Positions 1-6,149 of a stretch of 8,049 nucleotides of DNA are shown here, one piece after another; position 1 is the stretch's first letter; each line of letters opens with the position of its first letter. The notes below the pieces were generated by a model. The model was not told the DNA's origin, did not search any database, and saw nothing but the letters and a program-made list of their open reading frames with translations. The DNA is from Erysipelotrichaceae bacterium (GTDB taxonomy: Bacteria; Bacillota_I; Bacilli_A; Erysipelotrichales; Coprobacillaceae). The position numbers were made by a program, and so were the translations under genes. The DNA lies in assembly GCA_028698185.1 (NCBI GenBank), contig JAQVDW010000048.1, positions 1 to 8,049 of the forward strand. The letters run 5' to 3'.

Positions 1-73
1 CATCCTCCAGTGACAACAGCTTGATTTTCTGGAGTTTCGTTCAAATGATTTGACCGCTAGAGCAACTTTCAAA

Positions 74-97
74 TTGGCCGGTTATCCCCGGGGCCAA
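74..97 (-). terminator. Possible intrinsic terminator of the rpiA-oxidoreductase-rpiR operon
   Basis: GC-rich imperfect hairpin. TTGGCC (74..79) pairs with GGCCAA (92..97), plus 2 inner G-C pairs and a 2-nt bulge. It begins 2 nt after the TGA stop at 100..102. The following minus-strand tract is only weakly T-rich (TTTGAAAGTT), so this call is tentative. Confidence 0.35.
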
Positions 98-99
98 AA

Positions 100-951
100 T
101 CAGATTTTATCATCGGCGATTGACTGTTCATGGGCCCGGACCCATGAGTAGGCATCATTCTTGCCGGCGACAAGCAAGAGATACAAGGCTTCAATCACGG
201 TCATGGCGGAAACCCTTGAAAAACTGAACTCATCGAGAAACAGCTTTTCCCTAGTTGCCGTCGTGATATGGAAATCGCAGCCTAATGCTACGGGCGAGCT
301 GTCATGGTTGGTTATCCCGATGATTTTCGCACCTCTTTGATGAGCCACGGCCACCAGATCGACAAGCTTCTTTGATGAACCGGAATTGGAAATGGCGATG
401 ACCACGTCACTGCTCGTCAGAGTATAGGAAAAAGCCAGTTGGGTTTCCCAGATCGTATTGGCAACTGCCGGAATTCCAATCTGGTTGAATTTGTAGGCGC
501 CATCCAATGCGACAGGGATCGTGTTACCTACCGCCACGAGTTGCACCAGCCGGGCGTTTCTGATTGACTCGAGCACTTCCCTGATTACAGTTTCATCCAT
601 CATCGAGATCGTCCGGGTCAGCTCTTCGACTTTGTTTGCCAGGATGTTCTTAAGCGACTGGGTTATATCGAAGGGGTCGATCGTGTTCGAAACCCCGTCC
701 TCATCATAGTTGACCATGTCCTTGGCCAGGTTGATTTTTAGATCATGGAATCCTTTGAAATCGCATTTCTTGCAAAAGCGGATGATTGTCGCTTCGGATA
801 CCCCGCCTTTGCCTGCGAGTTGGGAAACCGTCATTTCAATCACCTTTGCCTGATTGGCTACCACATAATCGGCGATTTTCTTTTCCGCTTCATAGAGACT
901 GTCATAGACGGCGAAGATCTTGTCGAGCACCCTTTTTTCTTTATCTGCCAT
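100..951 (-). CDS. RpiR/MurR-family transcriptional regulator (N-terminal HTH_6 plus C-terminal SIS sugar-phosphate-binding domain)
   Basis: 283-aa ORF. The N-terminal segment SEATIIRFCKKCDFKGFHDLKINLAKD is typical of the RpiR HTH. The C-terminal half has SIS-like features (VAVGNT..., VVIAISNSGSSKKLVDLV, KIIGITN). ATG at 949..951 is preceded by AAGGAG (960..965) with 8-nt spacing. It lies 33 nt downstream of the oxidoreductase stop, so it is co-transcribed. Confidence 0.9.
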   Translation of the reverse strand: MADKEKRVLDKIFAVYDSLYEAEKKIADYVVANQAKVIEMTVSQLAGKGGVSEATIIRFCKKCDFKGFHDLKINLAKDMVNYDEDGVSNTIDPFDITQSLKNILANKVEELTRTISMMDETVIREVLESIRNARLVQLVAVGNTIPVALDGAYKFNQIGIPAVANTIWETQLAFSYTLTSSDVVIAISNSGSSKKLVDLVAVAHQRGAKIIGITNHDSSPVALGCDFHITTATREKLFLDEFSFSRVSAMTVIEALYLLLVAGKNDAYSWVRAHEQSIADDKI

Positions 952-984
952 GCTGCTATCTCCTTTATTGATCGTTTTTAATCA

Positions 985-1953
985 CTATTCGAACGAATAT
1001 TTAAGGCCCCACTGATTGCGGACTTCATCCATGATGGCCATAACGTCAACCGACAGTTCCAGGGTCTTCGATTTTTCCTGATTGGCGATCTGGTTCTGGA
1101 TGTCCTCGATTTCATAAACCAAGGCCTGGGCCGTTTGCCCGGCGGTTATTGTTTCCACCCTGCCATCGGGATAAGTGATGGTAGCCATGTCACCCCGGGG
1201 AAAATTGGTAACCGTGATGTATCCAAGTTCCCCGGCCACAATCCCCTGTTTTGGCTGTTTGGCGCGCATAGTCAGAGAAACCACCGCCATCTCGTCATCG
1301 GCGTTGTTGAGGATTATCCCGGACTGTTCGTCCACTCCAGTTTCGAATTTCTTGACTGTGGTCAAGATTTCATCAGGCTGGCTGGTCATGAAATATCGGG
1401 TAAACGACAAAGCATAAGTCCCGATATCAAGCAAGGCTCCCCCGGCAAGATCCGGTGAGAAAAAGCGGTTAGTCACATCATATTCCTTGAGCGAACCGAA
1501 ATTGACCTGGATCATCTTGATCTTCCCGATTTTGCCTTCATCCACCAGCTGGCGCAGCTTTTTGTATAGAGGCATATGGTAGATGGTCATCGCCTCTTCG
1601 ACCACCAGGTTCTTGCTTCTGGCCAAATCGACGATTTCTTCAAGCTGCGCTCCATTGACCGTGATCGCCTTTTCACACAAGACATGCTTGTTGTGGGCCA
1701 GACATTTCATTATGTATTCATAGTGGTTGTTGTGCGGGGTGGCGATATAGACGATATCGATGTTTTCATCGCCAATCATTTCATCATAATCCCCATAAAC
1801 GTTTTGCACCTTGAACTTGGCCGCGAATTCGCGGGCTCTTTCAAGATTGCGCGAACCGACAGCATAAACTTCACCGTTGATCTGTTCAAGAGCCGCTGCG
1901 AATTCTGCGGCGATTGTACCCGGTCCCAAGATGGCCCAATTCAATTTTCTCAT
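985..1953 (-). CDS. Gfo/Idh/MocA-family NAD(P)-dependent oxidoreductase
   Basis: 322-aa ORF. N-terminal Rossmann motif WAILGPGTIAAEF. The family signature region AHNKHVLCEKA matches the AGKHVxCEKP consensus, with A replacing P. GGGAGA RBS (1963..1968) lies 9 nt upstream of ATG 1951..1953. The start is only 4 nt after the rpiA-like stop (TAG 1958..1960), indicating translational coupling. Confidence 0.9.
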   Translation of the reverse strand: MRKLNWAILGPGTIAAEFAAALEQINGEVYAVGSRNLERAREFAAKFKVQNVYGDYDEMIGDENIDIVYIATPHNNHYEYIMKCLAHNKHVLCEKAITVNGAQLEEIVDLARSKNLVVEEAMTIYHMPLYKKLRQLVDEGKIGKIKMIQVNFGSLKEYDVTNRFFSPDLAGGALLDIGTYALSFTRYFMTSQPDEILTTVKKFETGVDEQSGIILNNADDEMAVVSLTMRAKQPKQGIVAGELGYITVTNFPRGDMATITYPDGRVETITAGQTAQALVYEIEDIQNQIANQEKSKTLELSVDVMAIMDEVRNQWGLKYSFE

Positions 1954-1957
1954 AGTT

Positions 1958-2647
1958 CTATTCTCCCTTTTCCGTTTTCCTGCTTAAAACCCTGACCCCC
2001 TGCTCGCTGGTGACGATAGCTCCGGTCACCTCAGTGACAAACAATGAAGTCGCGATTACGCCATTAATGTTTTTTAGTTTCGCTTCCAATCCGGCGATGT
2101 CATCTACTTTGGCGAATTGGACATCCATCAACAGATTGCCATGTTCCGTTATGGTAAAACCATCCTTGGCACCGCTTTGGCGCATGGTCACAATTCCTCC
2201 AAGTTCTTCTACCTTTCTGGCAACGTGGCCCATGGCCTCCTTGATTATTTCCAGAACCACCGGATGGCTGAATGTGAGGGCTTCGCTCACTTTCGACTCG
2301 TCGACAAGCAGGATATATTCATCAGCCATCGCCCCAATCAGTTTCTCCAGGGTATGGATGCCACCGCCACTTTTAAGGGCATTGAGGTCTTCATCGACCT
2401 CGTCGCAGCCGTCAAATGCGATATCGATGTATTCGACCCTGAACGTCTCCATTACCTCCAGGCCTCTACTTAGACAAAGCATCCGCGTTTTCATTGACGG
2501 GGTTACCACCTTGATGTCCAGATTTTCAGCCGCAATCATTCCAACCAGATAGGCGATTGTGCTTCCCCCACCAAGACCGACAACACGGCCTGACTTGATC
2601 AGTTTCAAAGCCTCCTTAGCTCCGGCTTTTTTTAATTCATCACCCAT
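1958..2647 (-). CDS. rpiA: Ribose-5-phosphate isomerase A family protein (divergent motifs)
   Basis: RpiA hallmark blocks are present: GLGGGSTIAYLV (canonical GxGTGST), FDGCDEVD (canonical DGADEVD) and KSGGGIHTLEKL (canonical KGGGGAxxREK). The ORF-track start at 2656 is a TTG directly abutting the GGAGG at 2657..2661 (0-nt spacing). ATG at 2645..2647 has 9-nt spacing from that RBS, so I prefer it (229 aa). Confidence 0.85.
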   Translation of the reverse strand: MGDELKKAGAKEALKLIKSGRVVGLGGGSTIAYLVGMIAAENLDIKVVTPSMKTRMLCLSRGLEVMETFRVEYIDIAFDGCDEVDEDLNALKSGGGIHTLEKLIGAMADEYILLVDESKVSEALTFSHPVVLEIIKEAMGHVARKVEELGGIVTMRQSGAKDGFTITEHGNLLMDVQFAKVDDIAGLEAKLKNINGVIATSLFVTEVTGAIVTSEQGVRVLSRKTEKGE

Positions 2648-2715
2648 TAAATCCAACCTCCTGTTCGATATTTTTTCATGTTCCCCAACGGGATCCGCAA
2701 TTATGTTACAATCAA

Positions 2716-2744
2716 ATCATAATGCAATCATGAAATTTCGTCAA
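2716..2744 (-). promoter_or_regulatory. Sigma-70/SigA-type promoter of the rpiA-oxidoreductase-rpiR operon
   Basis: On the minus strand: TTGACG (2744..2739), 17-nt spacer, TATGAT (2721..2716). It is about 55 nt upstream of the rpiA RBS and downstream of the terminator of the preceding gene. Confidence 0.6.
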
Positions 2745-2786
2745 TACAACATTGAAAGAAATTTAATTTCATGACAAATGTAATCC

Positions 2787-2835
2787 AAAAACAGGAAAAG
2801 GTGGAGCCCGATGAAATCAATCATCAAGTCCCACC
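2787..2835 (-). terminator. Intrinsic terminator of the lipoprotein/esterase gene
   Basis: Two-part minus-strand hairpin. Outer stem 2800..2805 pairs with 2830..2835 (GGTGG/CCACC plus a G.U). Inner stem GATGA/TCATC is 2810..2814 with 2821..2825. It is followed on the minus strand by TTTTCCTGTTTTT (plus 2787..2799). It lies about 40 nt downstream of the TAA stop at 2873..2875. Confidence 0.5.
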
Positions 2836-2872
2836 ACGGAAGATAAGGATTATATTAATGGAGAGTAAGTTA

Positions 2873-4180
2873 TTATTTGTTTAATTGGTCAGCGATCCAA
2901 GTCCATGAATCGATACCAGTTGTATCATCGACAGCTTCATTGTTGTCGAAATAAATCCATGACCAGTGTCCTGAATATTTGTATGCGTTTCCGTCAGCAT
3001 CTTTGTACATTCCTGAAGTGTCAACTACGTGTTCAGGTGAGAATACCATCACGTTTTGTGCTCCAGCAGCTTTAAGACGTTGGATTGTAGGAATTGAAGT
3101 GTTTTCAGGCACTACGGTTGTGTCATCTTCAGAATAGATGAAGAAGATGTTTTGACCAGCCAGGGCGGAAATTTGGTCATCAGTGATCAAAGCGTCAGTT
3201 TTTGCTTGACAGATAGGCACTCCGGCAACGAAGTAATCAGGGTAGTTGATCATCATGTCCATAGTCATGAAACCACCGTTAGAACATCCGGCAATAACTA
3301 CTTGAGTAGCCCCGTATTCTGTTTTGTAATCTTCAATCAATTCCATCAAGCTTTCAGTGTACATGCTTGAGTTGTCAGAAGTGTAGTTACCAGTACCATC
3401 ATCCATCCACATAGTTGGAGATTGCGGTGCCAGGATCGCAGCCCCACCGACAATAGTTTGGAATTCTTCACCTGCCAAGGCAGTTACTTTGTTTCCTAAT
3501 ACTGGAATCAATGGTGATGAACCCTCAGCTTCACCTTCACCAGCTCCATGCAACCAGACAAACAATGTGTCGGATTTTTCAGCTGGTTCATAAGTCACGT
3601 AATTGTAAGTGACACCATCAGTCGCTTCGAATGTGCTTGCTTCAAACATGTCAGCTGAAGTAGTGTATCCTGAAGCCGCTACATCGATTGTGAATGATGT
3701 AACTGTTTCTCCCAATGAATCAACAGTAGCCCCATCAGCCAATGTGAAAGCCAATGTGTAAGGATCGGACCAAGAGTTTCTTGAAGTAGTCATTGAATAG
3801 TTGATTGGTGAACCGTCATTAGGGCTCACATACATTTCTACTGCCACATATTTGCTGTCACCTTCAACGGCATTGCCTTCTTCATCGCAAAGATAAACGC
3901 TGGTAACTTCTCTGGCAAAATCAGAAACTTTTACTGCGAAGTTTGCATCAGTCCAGTCAGTTGCCGCTTTTGTTTCAGTAACTGTCAGGTCCTGAGCATC
4001 GATCTGGCTCAATTTGTGGTCCAAAGTCAATACGGCTTTGTTTACACTTGAACCCCAGTCATAACCGGTAACCTGATAGCTGTAAGTTCCTTCGATAGTA
4101 TCGCTGCCAGTGTCGCCACTTGAGCATGCTACTAGTCCTAGGGCCATGAAAGCCGATAAAACTAATCTTGATTTTTTCAT
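2873..4180 (-). CDS. Secreted lipoprotein: about 210-aa N-terminal domain of unknown function fused to a C-terminal alpha/beta-hydrolase (esterase-like) domain
   Basis: The true start is most likely ATG 4178..4180, with GGAGGAG at 4187..4193 and 6-nt spacing. The 38-codon extension in the ORF track (to 4294) has no RBS and overlaps the promoter region. The N-terminus MKKSRLVLSAFMALGLVAC is a type II signal peptide with lipobox LVAC (Cys19). The C-terminal half carries LFVWLHGAGEGE and the nucleophile elbow GCSNGG (Ser codon at 3281..3283). Candidate acid (SEDD) and His (SGHWSW) residues follow in hydrolase-fold order. Confidence 0.85.
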   Translation of the reverse strand: MKKSRLVLSAFMALGLVACSSGDTGSDTIEGTYSYQVTGYDWGSSVNKAVLTLDHKLSQIDAQDLTVTETKAATDWTDANFAVKVSDFAREVTSVYLCDEEGNAVEGDSKYVAVEMYVSPNDGSPINYSMTTSRNSWSDPYTLAFTLADGATVDSLGETVTSFTIDVAASGYTTSADMFEASTFEATDGVTYNYVTYEPAEKSDTLFVWLHGAGEGEAEGSSPLIPVLGNKVTALAGEEFQTIVGGAAILAPQSPTMWMDDGTGNYTSDNSSMYTESLMELIEDYKTEYGATQVVIAGCSNGGFMTMDMMINYPDYFVAGVPICQAKTDALITDDQISALAGQNIFFIYSEDDTTVVPENTSIPTIQRLKAAGAQNVMVFSPEHVVDTSGMYKDADGNAYKYSGHWSWIYFDNNEAVDDTTGIDSWTWIADQLNK

Positions 4181-4211
4181 TAAATTCTCCTCCTTGAAAA
4201 CATAAGTTAAT

Positions 4212-4220
4212 TTTATAACA
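4212..4220 (-). promoter_or_regulatory. Candidate extended -10 promoter element for the lipoprotein gene
   Basis: The minus strand reads TGtTATAAA (4220..4212), about 20 nt upstream of the RBS. There is no good -35 (GGATGC). An alternative TTGAAA-17-TATGTT (4227..4199) would place the TSS inside the RBS, so I disfavour it. Confidence 0.35.
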
Positions 4221-4351
4221 ATTTCAAAGCGCTTGCATCCCATATTGTAACCGATATCATTCCATTTTATCACTTTTTTGATTTGACCGGCCATTTCATA
4301 CCTGAAGGATCAGAATTTTTGATCTTTAGTGACGATTCACAATCAGTGCGA

Positions 4352-4380
4352 TTGAAAATGCCGGGAAATGGGTGTATAAA
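4352..4380 (+). promoter_or_regulatory. SigA-type promoter of the small-ORF/Rieske operon
   Basis: TTGAAA (4352..4357), exactly 17-nt spacer, TATAAA (4375..4380). It sits about 55 nt upstream of the RBS of the 47-codon ORF and diverges from the lipoprotein gene. Confidence 0.6.
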
Positions 4381-4446
4381 TAAGGTGAGGATGGATGAAA
4401 AGCTGACATTCAATTCATTTAAATGGATGTTAAATGGAGGGGCGAT

Positions 4447-4590
4447 ATGGCATACGGTATCTTTTTGTTCATCGTTTCACTGATTGGCATTTTTTACGGA
4501 TTTCAAAAAAATGAACATAATATTCCCTCAATTGTCCTATTCTTGATGGTAATTGTCGTAGGAGCCTACTTCTATTTCAATCCATATTAG
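4447..4590 (+). CDS. Small hydrophobic protein, 47 aa, predicted two-TM hairpin (not in the supplied ORF track)
   Basis: ATG 4447..4449 is preceded by GGAGGGG (4436..4442). My translation is MAYGIFLFIVSLIGIFYGFQKNEHNIPSIVLFLMVIVVGAYFYFNPY, ending at TAG 4588..4590. It has two roughly 17-residue hydrophobic segments split by a polar loop (QKNEHNIPS). It ends 28 nt before the Rieske gene start, on the same strand and behind the same promoter. Confidence 0.55.
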   Translation: MAYGIFLFIVSLIGIFYGFQKNEHNIPSIVLFLMVIVVGAYFYFNPY

Positions 4591-4618
4591 GCTCTTGAAC
4601 ACCAAACTGGAGGTAGCT

Positions 4619-4951
4619 ATGAGATTCCAAAAAATCGCATCCATCAAAGAAGTCGGCATGGATGCCAAAAGAAAAATAAGTATCGGAGATTTGACCATCC
4701 TGCTTGTCAACATCGATGGAACATTCCACGCCATCGACAACAAGTGCCCCCATATGGGCGGTTCGCTTTATGAGGGTGAGATTGAAGGAAGCAAGATTGT
4801 CTGTCCTAGACATAAGACAACCTTCGATGTGACAACCGGAAAAGTAGTGGGCCCTGGCAAGCTGGCCTTTTTCAAGGTGCATCCCGGTCCGGTCCGTGTT
4901 TATCCGGTAAAAATCGAAGGCGATGACATCCTCATCGGAATCGATTCCTAA
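4619..4951 (+). CDS. Stand-alone Rieske [2Fe-2S] domain protein (NirD/Rieske-ferredoxin-like), 110 aa
   Basis: Complete Rieske ligand motif CPH-x16-CPRH (Cys43, His45, Cys62, His65; DNA 4745..4813). I prefer ATG 4619..4621, with GGAGG at 4609..4613 and 5-nt spacing. The track start at 4595 has no RBS. Confidence 0.9.
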   Translation: MRFQKIASIKEVGMDAKRKISIGDLTILLVNIDGTFHAIDNKCPHMGGSLYEGEIEGSKIVCPRHKTTFDVTTGKVVGPGKLAFFKVHPGPVRVYPVKIEGDDILIGIDS

Positions 4952-4989
4952 CCGGCTTGCTTTATGCCTGACTTGGTTGTTTTATAAAA

Positions 4990-5025
4990 AAGGGGATGGC
5001 CCTCAAAATTGAGGACCATCCCCTT
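4990..5025. terminator. Bidirectional intrinsic terminator between the convergent Rieske and RpiR genes
   Basis: 15-bp stem with one mismatch (4990..5004 with 5011..5025; core GGGGATGGCCCTC/GAGGACCATCCCC) and a 6-nt loop AAAATT. It is flanked by an A-run upstream (TTTATAAAAA) and TTCTTTC downstream, so it gives a U-tract in both transcription directions. Confidence 0.75.
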
Positions 5026-5091
5026 CTTTCACGTTGGATCACACCTGATTCGACTGTTGATCGAACCACCAGGAAAACCAATCTTCCCGGG

Positions 5092-5961
5092 CTATTTTTC
5101 ATCGATGTATTCATATCCGGAATTCCGGAAACCGACGAAACGGAAATTTTTCATCTTGTAGTTGAGGTTCTTTGCGTAATCGAACGCGAAGATTCCCGAG
5201 TAGAGCACATTGAGCAGGTATCCTAGCGACGACGATGTCGAATACTGGCCGATCTTGGTGGAGATCATCTCTTTTGAAGTCATCCGCAGGCAGACATCGA
5301 CGTTGTTCGACAGGGTGTTGTCGGCCATGCAGGTGATCCCGATTGTCTTGGCCTGGCGCTTTTTGAGAATGTCCAGGACATTGAGGATCGACTTGGTCTC
5401 CCCCGAATATGATATCACGATGGCGCAATGGCTCTTGTCGCTCATCGCCGCCAATAGCTGGTCATCGCCTGGGGTTAGCGAAATATTGACCCTGATTCCA
5501 AGATAAGCCAGGGCCACGCAGAATTGCTGGGCCAGAAGATGGTTGTAGGAAGTGGCATAGATGTCGATTGTCTGGCAATCGCGAAGCAGCCTGAGAGCCT
5601 CCTGGATGTCGTCGTGACTCAACAGGGCATGGGTCTCCTTGATGGCCGCGATTTGCAGCCTGGCGACATTGTCGCAGATGGTCATGATGTCATCACTGAT
5701 CGTAAAAGGGATGCTCGCATCGATATCCGTCTCCCGGTTGAGATACTCGAGTTCCTCGAGATATGCCTTCTTGAATTCGGTCCAGCCGCCAAAACCAAGT
5801 TTTTTCGCGATACGCACCAGCAGCGGTGCCGAAGTGAAAGTGGCCTTGGCGATGTCGTAACTTGACATGTCCCGGATTTTCGAACCCTCATTGAGAATAT
5901 ATTCGATTATCTCGCTCTCGGCCACTGAGAAATGTGTTGTTTCGATCCGGTGAAATATCAT
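5092..5961 (-). CDS. RpiR/MurR-family transcriptional regulator (HTH_6 plus SIS), second paralog
   Basis: The N-terminal HTH region is YDIAKATFTSAPLLVRIAKKLGFGGWTEFKKAY. The SIS-like C-terminal half includes IDIYATSYNH..., AIVISYSGETKSILNVLDILKK and KTIGITC. I prefer ATG 5959..5961 (289 aa), with GGAGG at 5969..5973 and 7-nt spacing. The track start at 5991 lacks an RBS. Confidence 0.9.
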   Translation of the reverse strand: MIFHRIETTHFSVAESEIIEYILNEGSKIRDMSSYDIAKATFTSAPLLVRIAKKLGFGGWTEFKKAYLEELEYLNRETDIDASIPFTISDDIMTICDNVARLQIAAIKETHALLSHDDIQEALRLLRDCQTIDIYATSYNHLLAQQFCVALAYLGIRVNISLTPGDDQLLAAMSDKSHCAIVISYSGETKSILNVLDILKKRQAKTIGITCMADNTLSNNVDVCLRMTSKEMISTKIGQYSTSSSLGYLLNVLYSGIFAFDYAKNLNYKMKNFRFVGFRNSGYEYIDEK

Positions 5962-6020
5962 AACCGCCCCTCCTTGAACATTGTGTTCCATTCGTTTGTC
6001 GATGTTACACCTATGAAATA

Positions 6021-6049
6021 ATTATAACTATTTTTAAGGTTCGTTTCAA
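6021..6049 (-). promoter_or_regulatory. Near-consensus SigA-type promoter of the second RpiR gene
   Basis: On the minus strand: TTGAAA (6049..6044), 17-nt spacer, TATAAT (6026..6021). It is about 45 nt upstream of the RBS and downstream of the terminator of the preceding gene. Confidence 0.65.
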
Positions 6050-6112
6050 ATCTTATCGTCGATTCCTTAATGGCAGCCGCTGCTCGATACCCACTTTCAA
6101 TGCTTCCCAAAC

Positions 6113-6136
6113 AAAAAAGAAGGTTTATCACCTTCC
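6113..6136 (-). terminator. Intrinsic terminator of the charged-repeat protein gene
   Basis: Minus-strand RNA forms GGAAGGU-GAUAA-ACCUUCU: a 6-bp stem at 6119..6124 with 6130..6135, plus one G.U pair. It is followed directly by UUUUUUGUUU (plus A-run 6113..6118). It starts 14 nt after the TAA stop at 6150..6152. The stem is short, hence moderate confidence. Confidence 0.55.
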
Positions 6137-6149
6137 CTGATGTCACCTA

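Noticed and set aside
1-60. The left-edge sequence begins CATCCTCC (reverse complement GGAGGATG), and there is a 6-bp inverted repeat CTCCAG/CTGGAG (5..10 and 30..35)
   Set aside because: The RBS-like GGAGG abuts the ATG with no spacing, and any gene would lie outside the window. The inverted repeat is short with a 19-nt loop. The evidence is not sufficient to call anything.
521-2552. Plus-strand track ORFs nested inside the rpiR/oxidoreductase/rpiA genes (521..709, 745..981, 786..971, 1135..1458, 1175..1417, 1576..1995, 2010..2552, 2117..2473)
   Set aside because: All are antisense shadows of long minus-strand genes with clear family signatures. They have no RBS, and their products are low-complexity or Ser/Pro/Arg-rich sequences typical of antisense frames.
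2873-4180. The lipoprotein gene looks more AT-rich than the flanking regulator and enzyme genes, hinting at horizontal acquisition. Hand counts of single 60-nt lines gave 25/60 and 26/60 G+C at 3001 and 3601, versus 31/60, 28/60 and 29/60 at 301, 1201 and 5521.
   Set aside because: The sample is tiny and the difference modest. There are no flanking repeats, tRNA, integrase or IS remnants. The bias may simply reflect amino-acid composition or expression-level codon bias. It would need windowed GC and codon-usage statistics against the whole genome.
4181-4294. 38-codon N-terminal extension of the lipoprotein ORF (track start 4294), and similar extensions of rpiA (2656, TTG), the Rieske gene (4595), RpiR-2 (5991) and the charged protein (6572)
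   Set aside because: In each case an internal ATG has a GGAGG-type RBS at 5-9 nt, while the upstream start has none, or 0-nt spacing for rpiA. The extensions overlap predicted promoters. For the lipoprotein, the extension would also bury the signal peptide.
4283-4483. 66-aa plus-strand ORF in the divergent promoter region, including a nested 30-codon ORF from ATG 4391 preceded by AAGGTGAGG
   Set aside because: It spans the predicted promoter itself. The nested ATG would lie only about 3-4 nt from the predicted TSS, with the RBS-like purines at essentially 0-nt spacing. It overlaps the better-supported 47-codon ORF out of frame. A leader peptide cannot be fully excluded without Ribo-seq.
4996-5226. 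76-aa plus-strand ORF
   Set aside because: It starts inside the bidirectional terminator hairpin and then runs antisense to the RpiR gene. It has no RBS.
2703-6009. Shared 8-mer ATGTTACA near the predicted transcription start of both RpiR-associated promoters (2703..2710 and 6002..6009)
   Set aside because: A shared 8-mer between two AT-rich regions of about 150 bp is not far from chance expectation, and it is not palindromic. I note it only as something to revisit if motif searches pick it up genome-wide.
5958-6146. 62-aa minus-strand ORF (GTG start) between the charged-protein gene and RpiR-2
   Set aside because: It reads straight through the predicted terminator (6113..6136) and the promoter (6021..6049). 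It has no RBS and ends inside the RpiR-2 start region.
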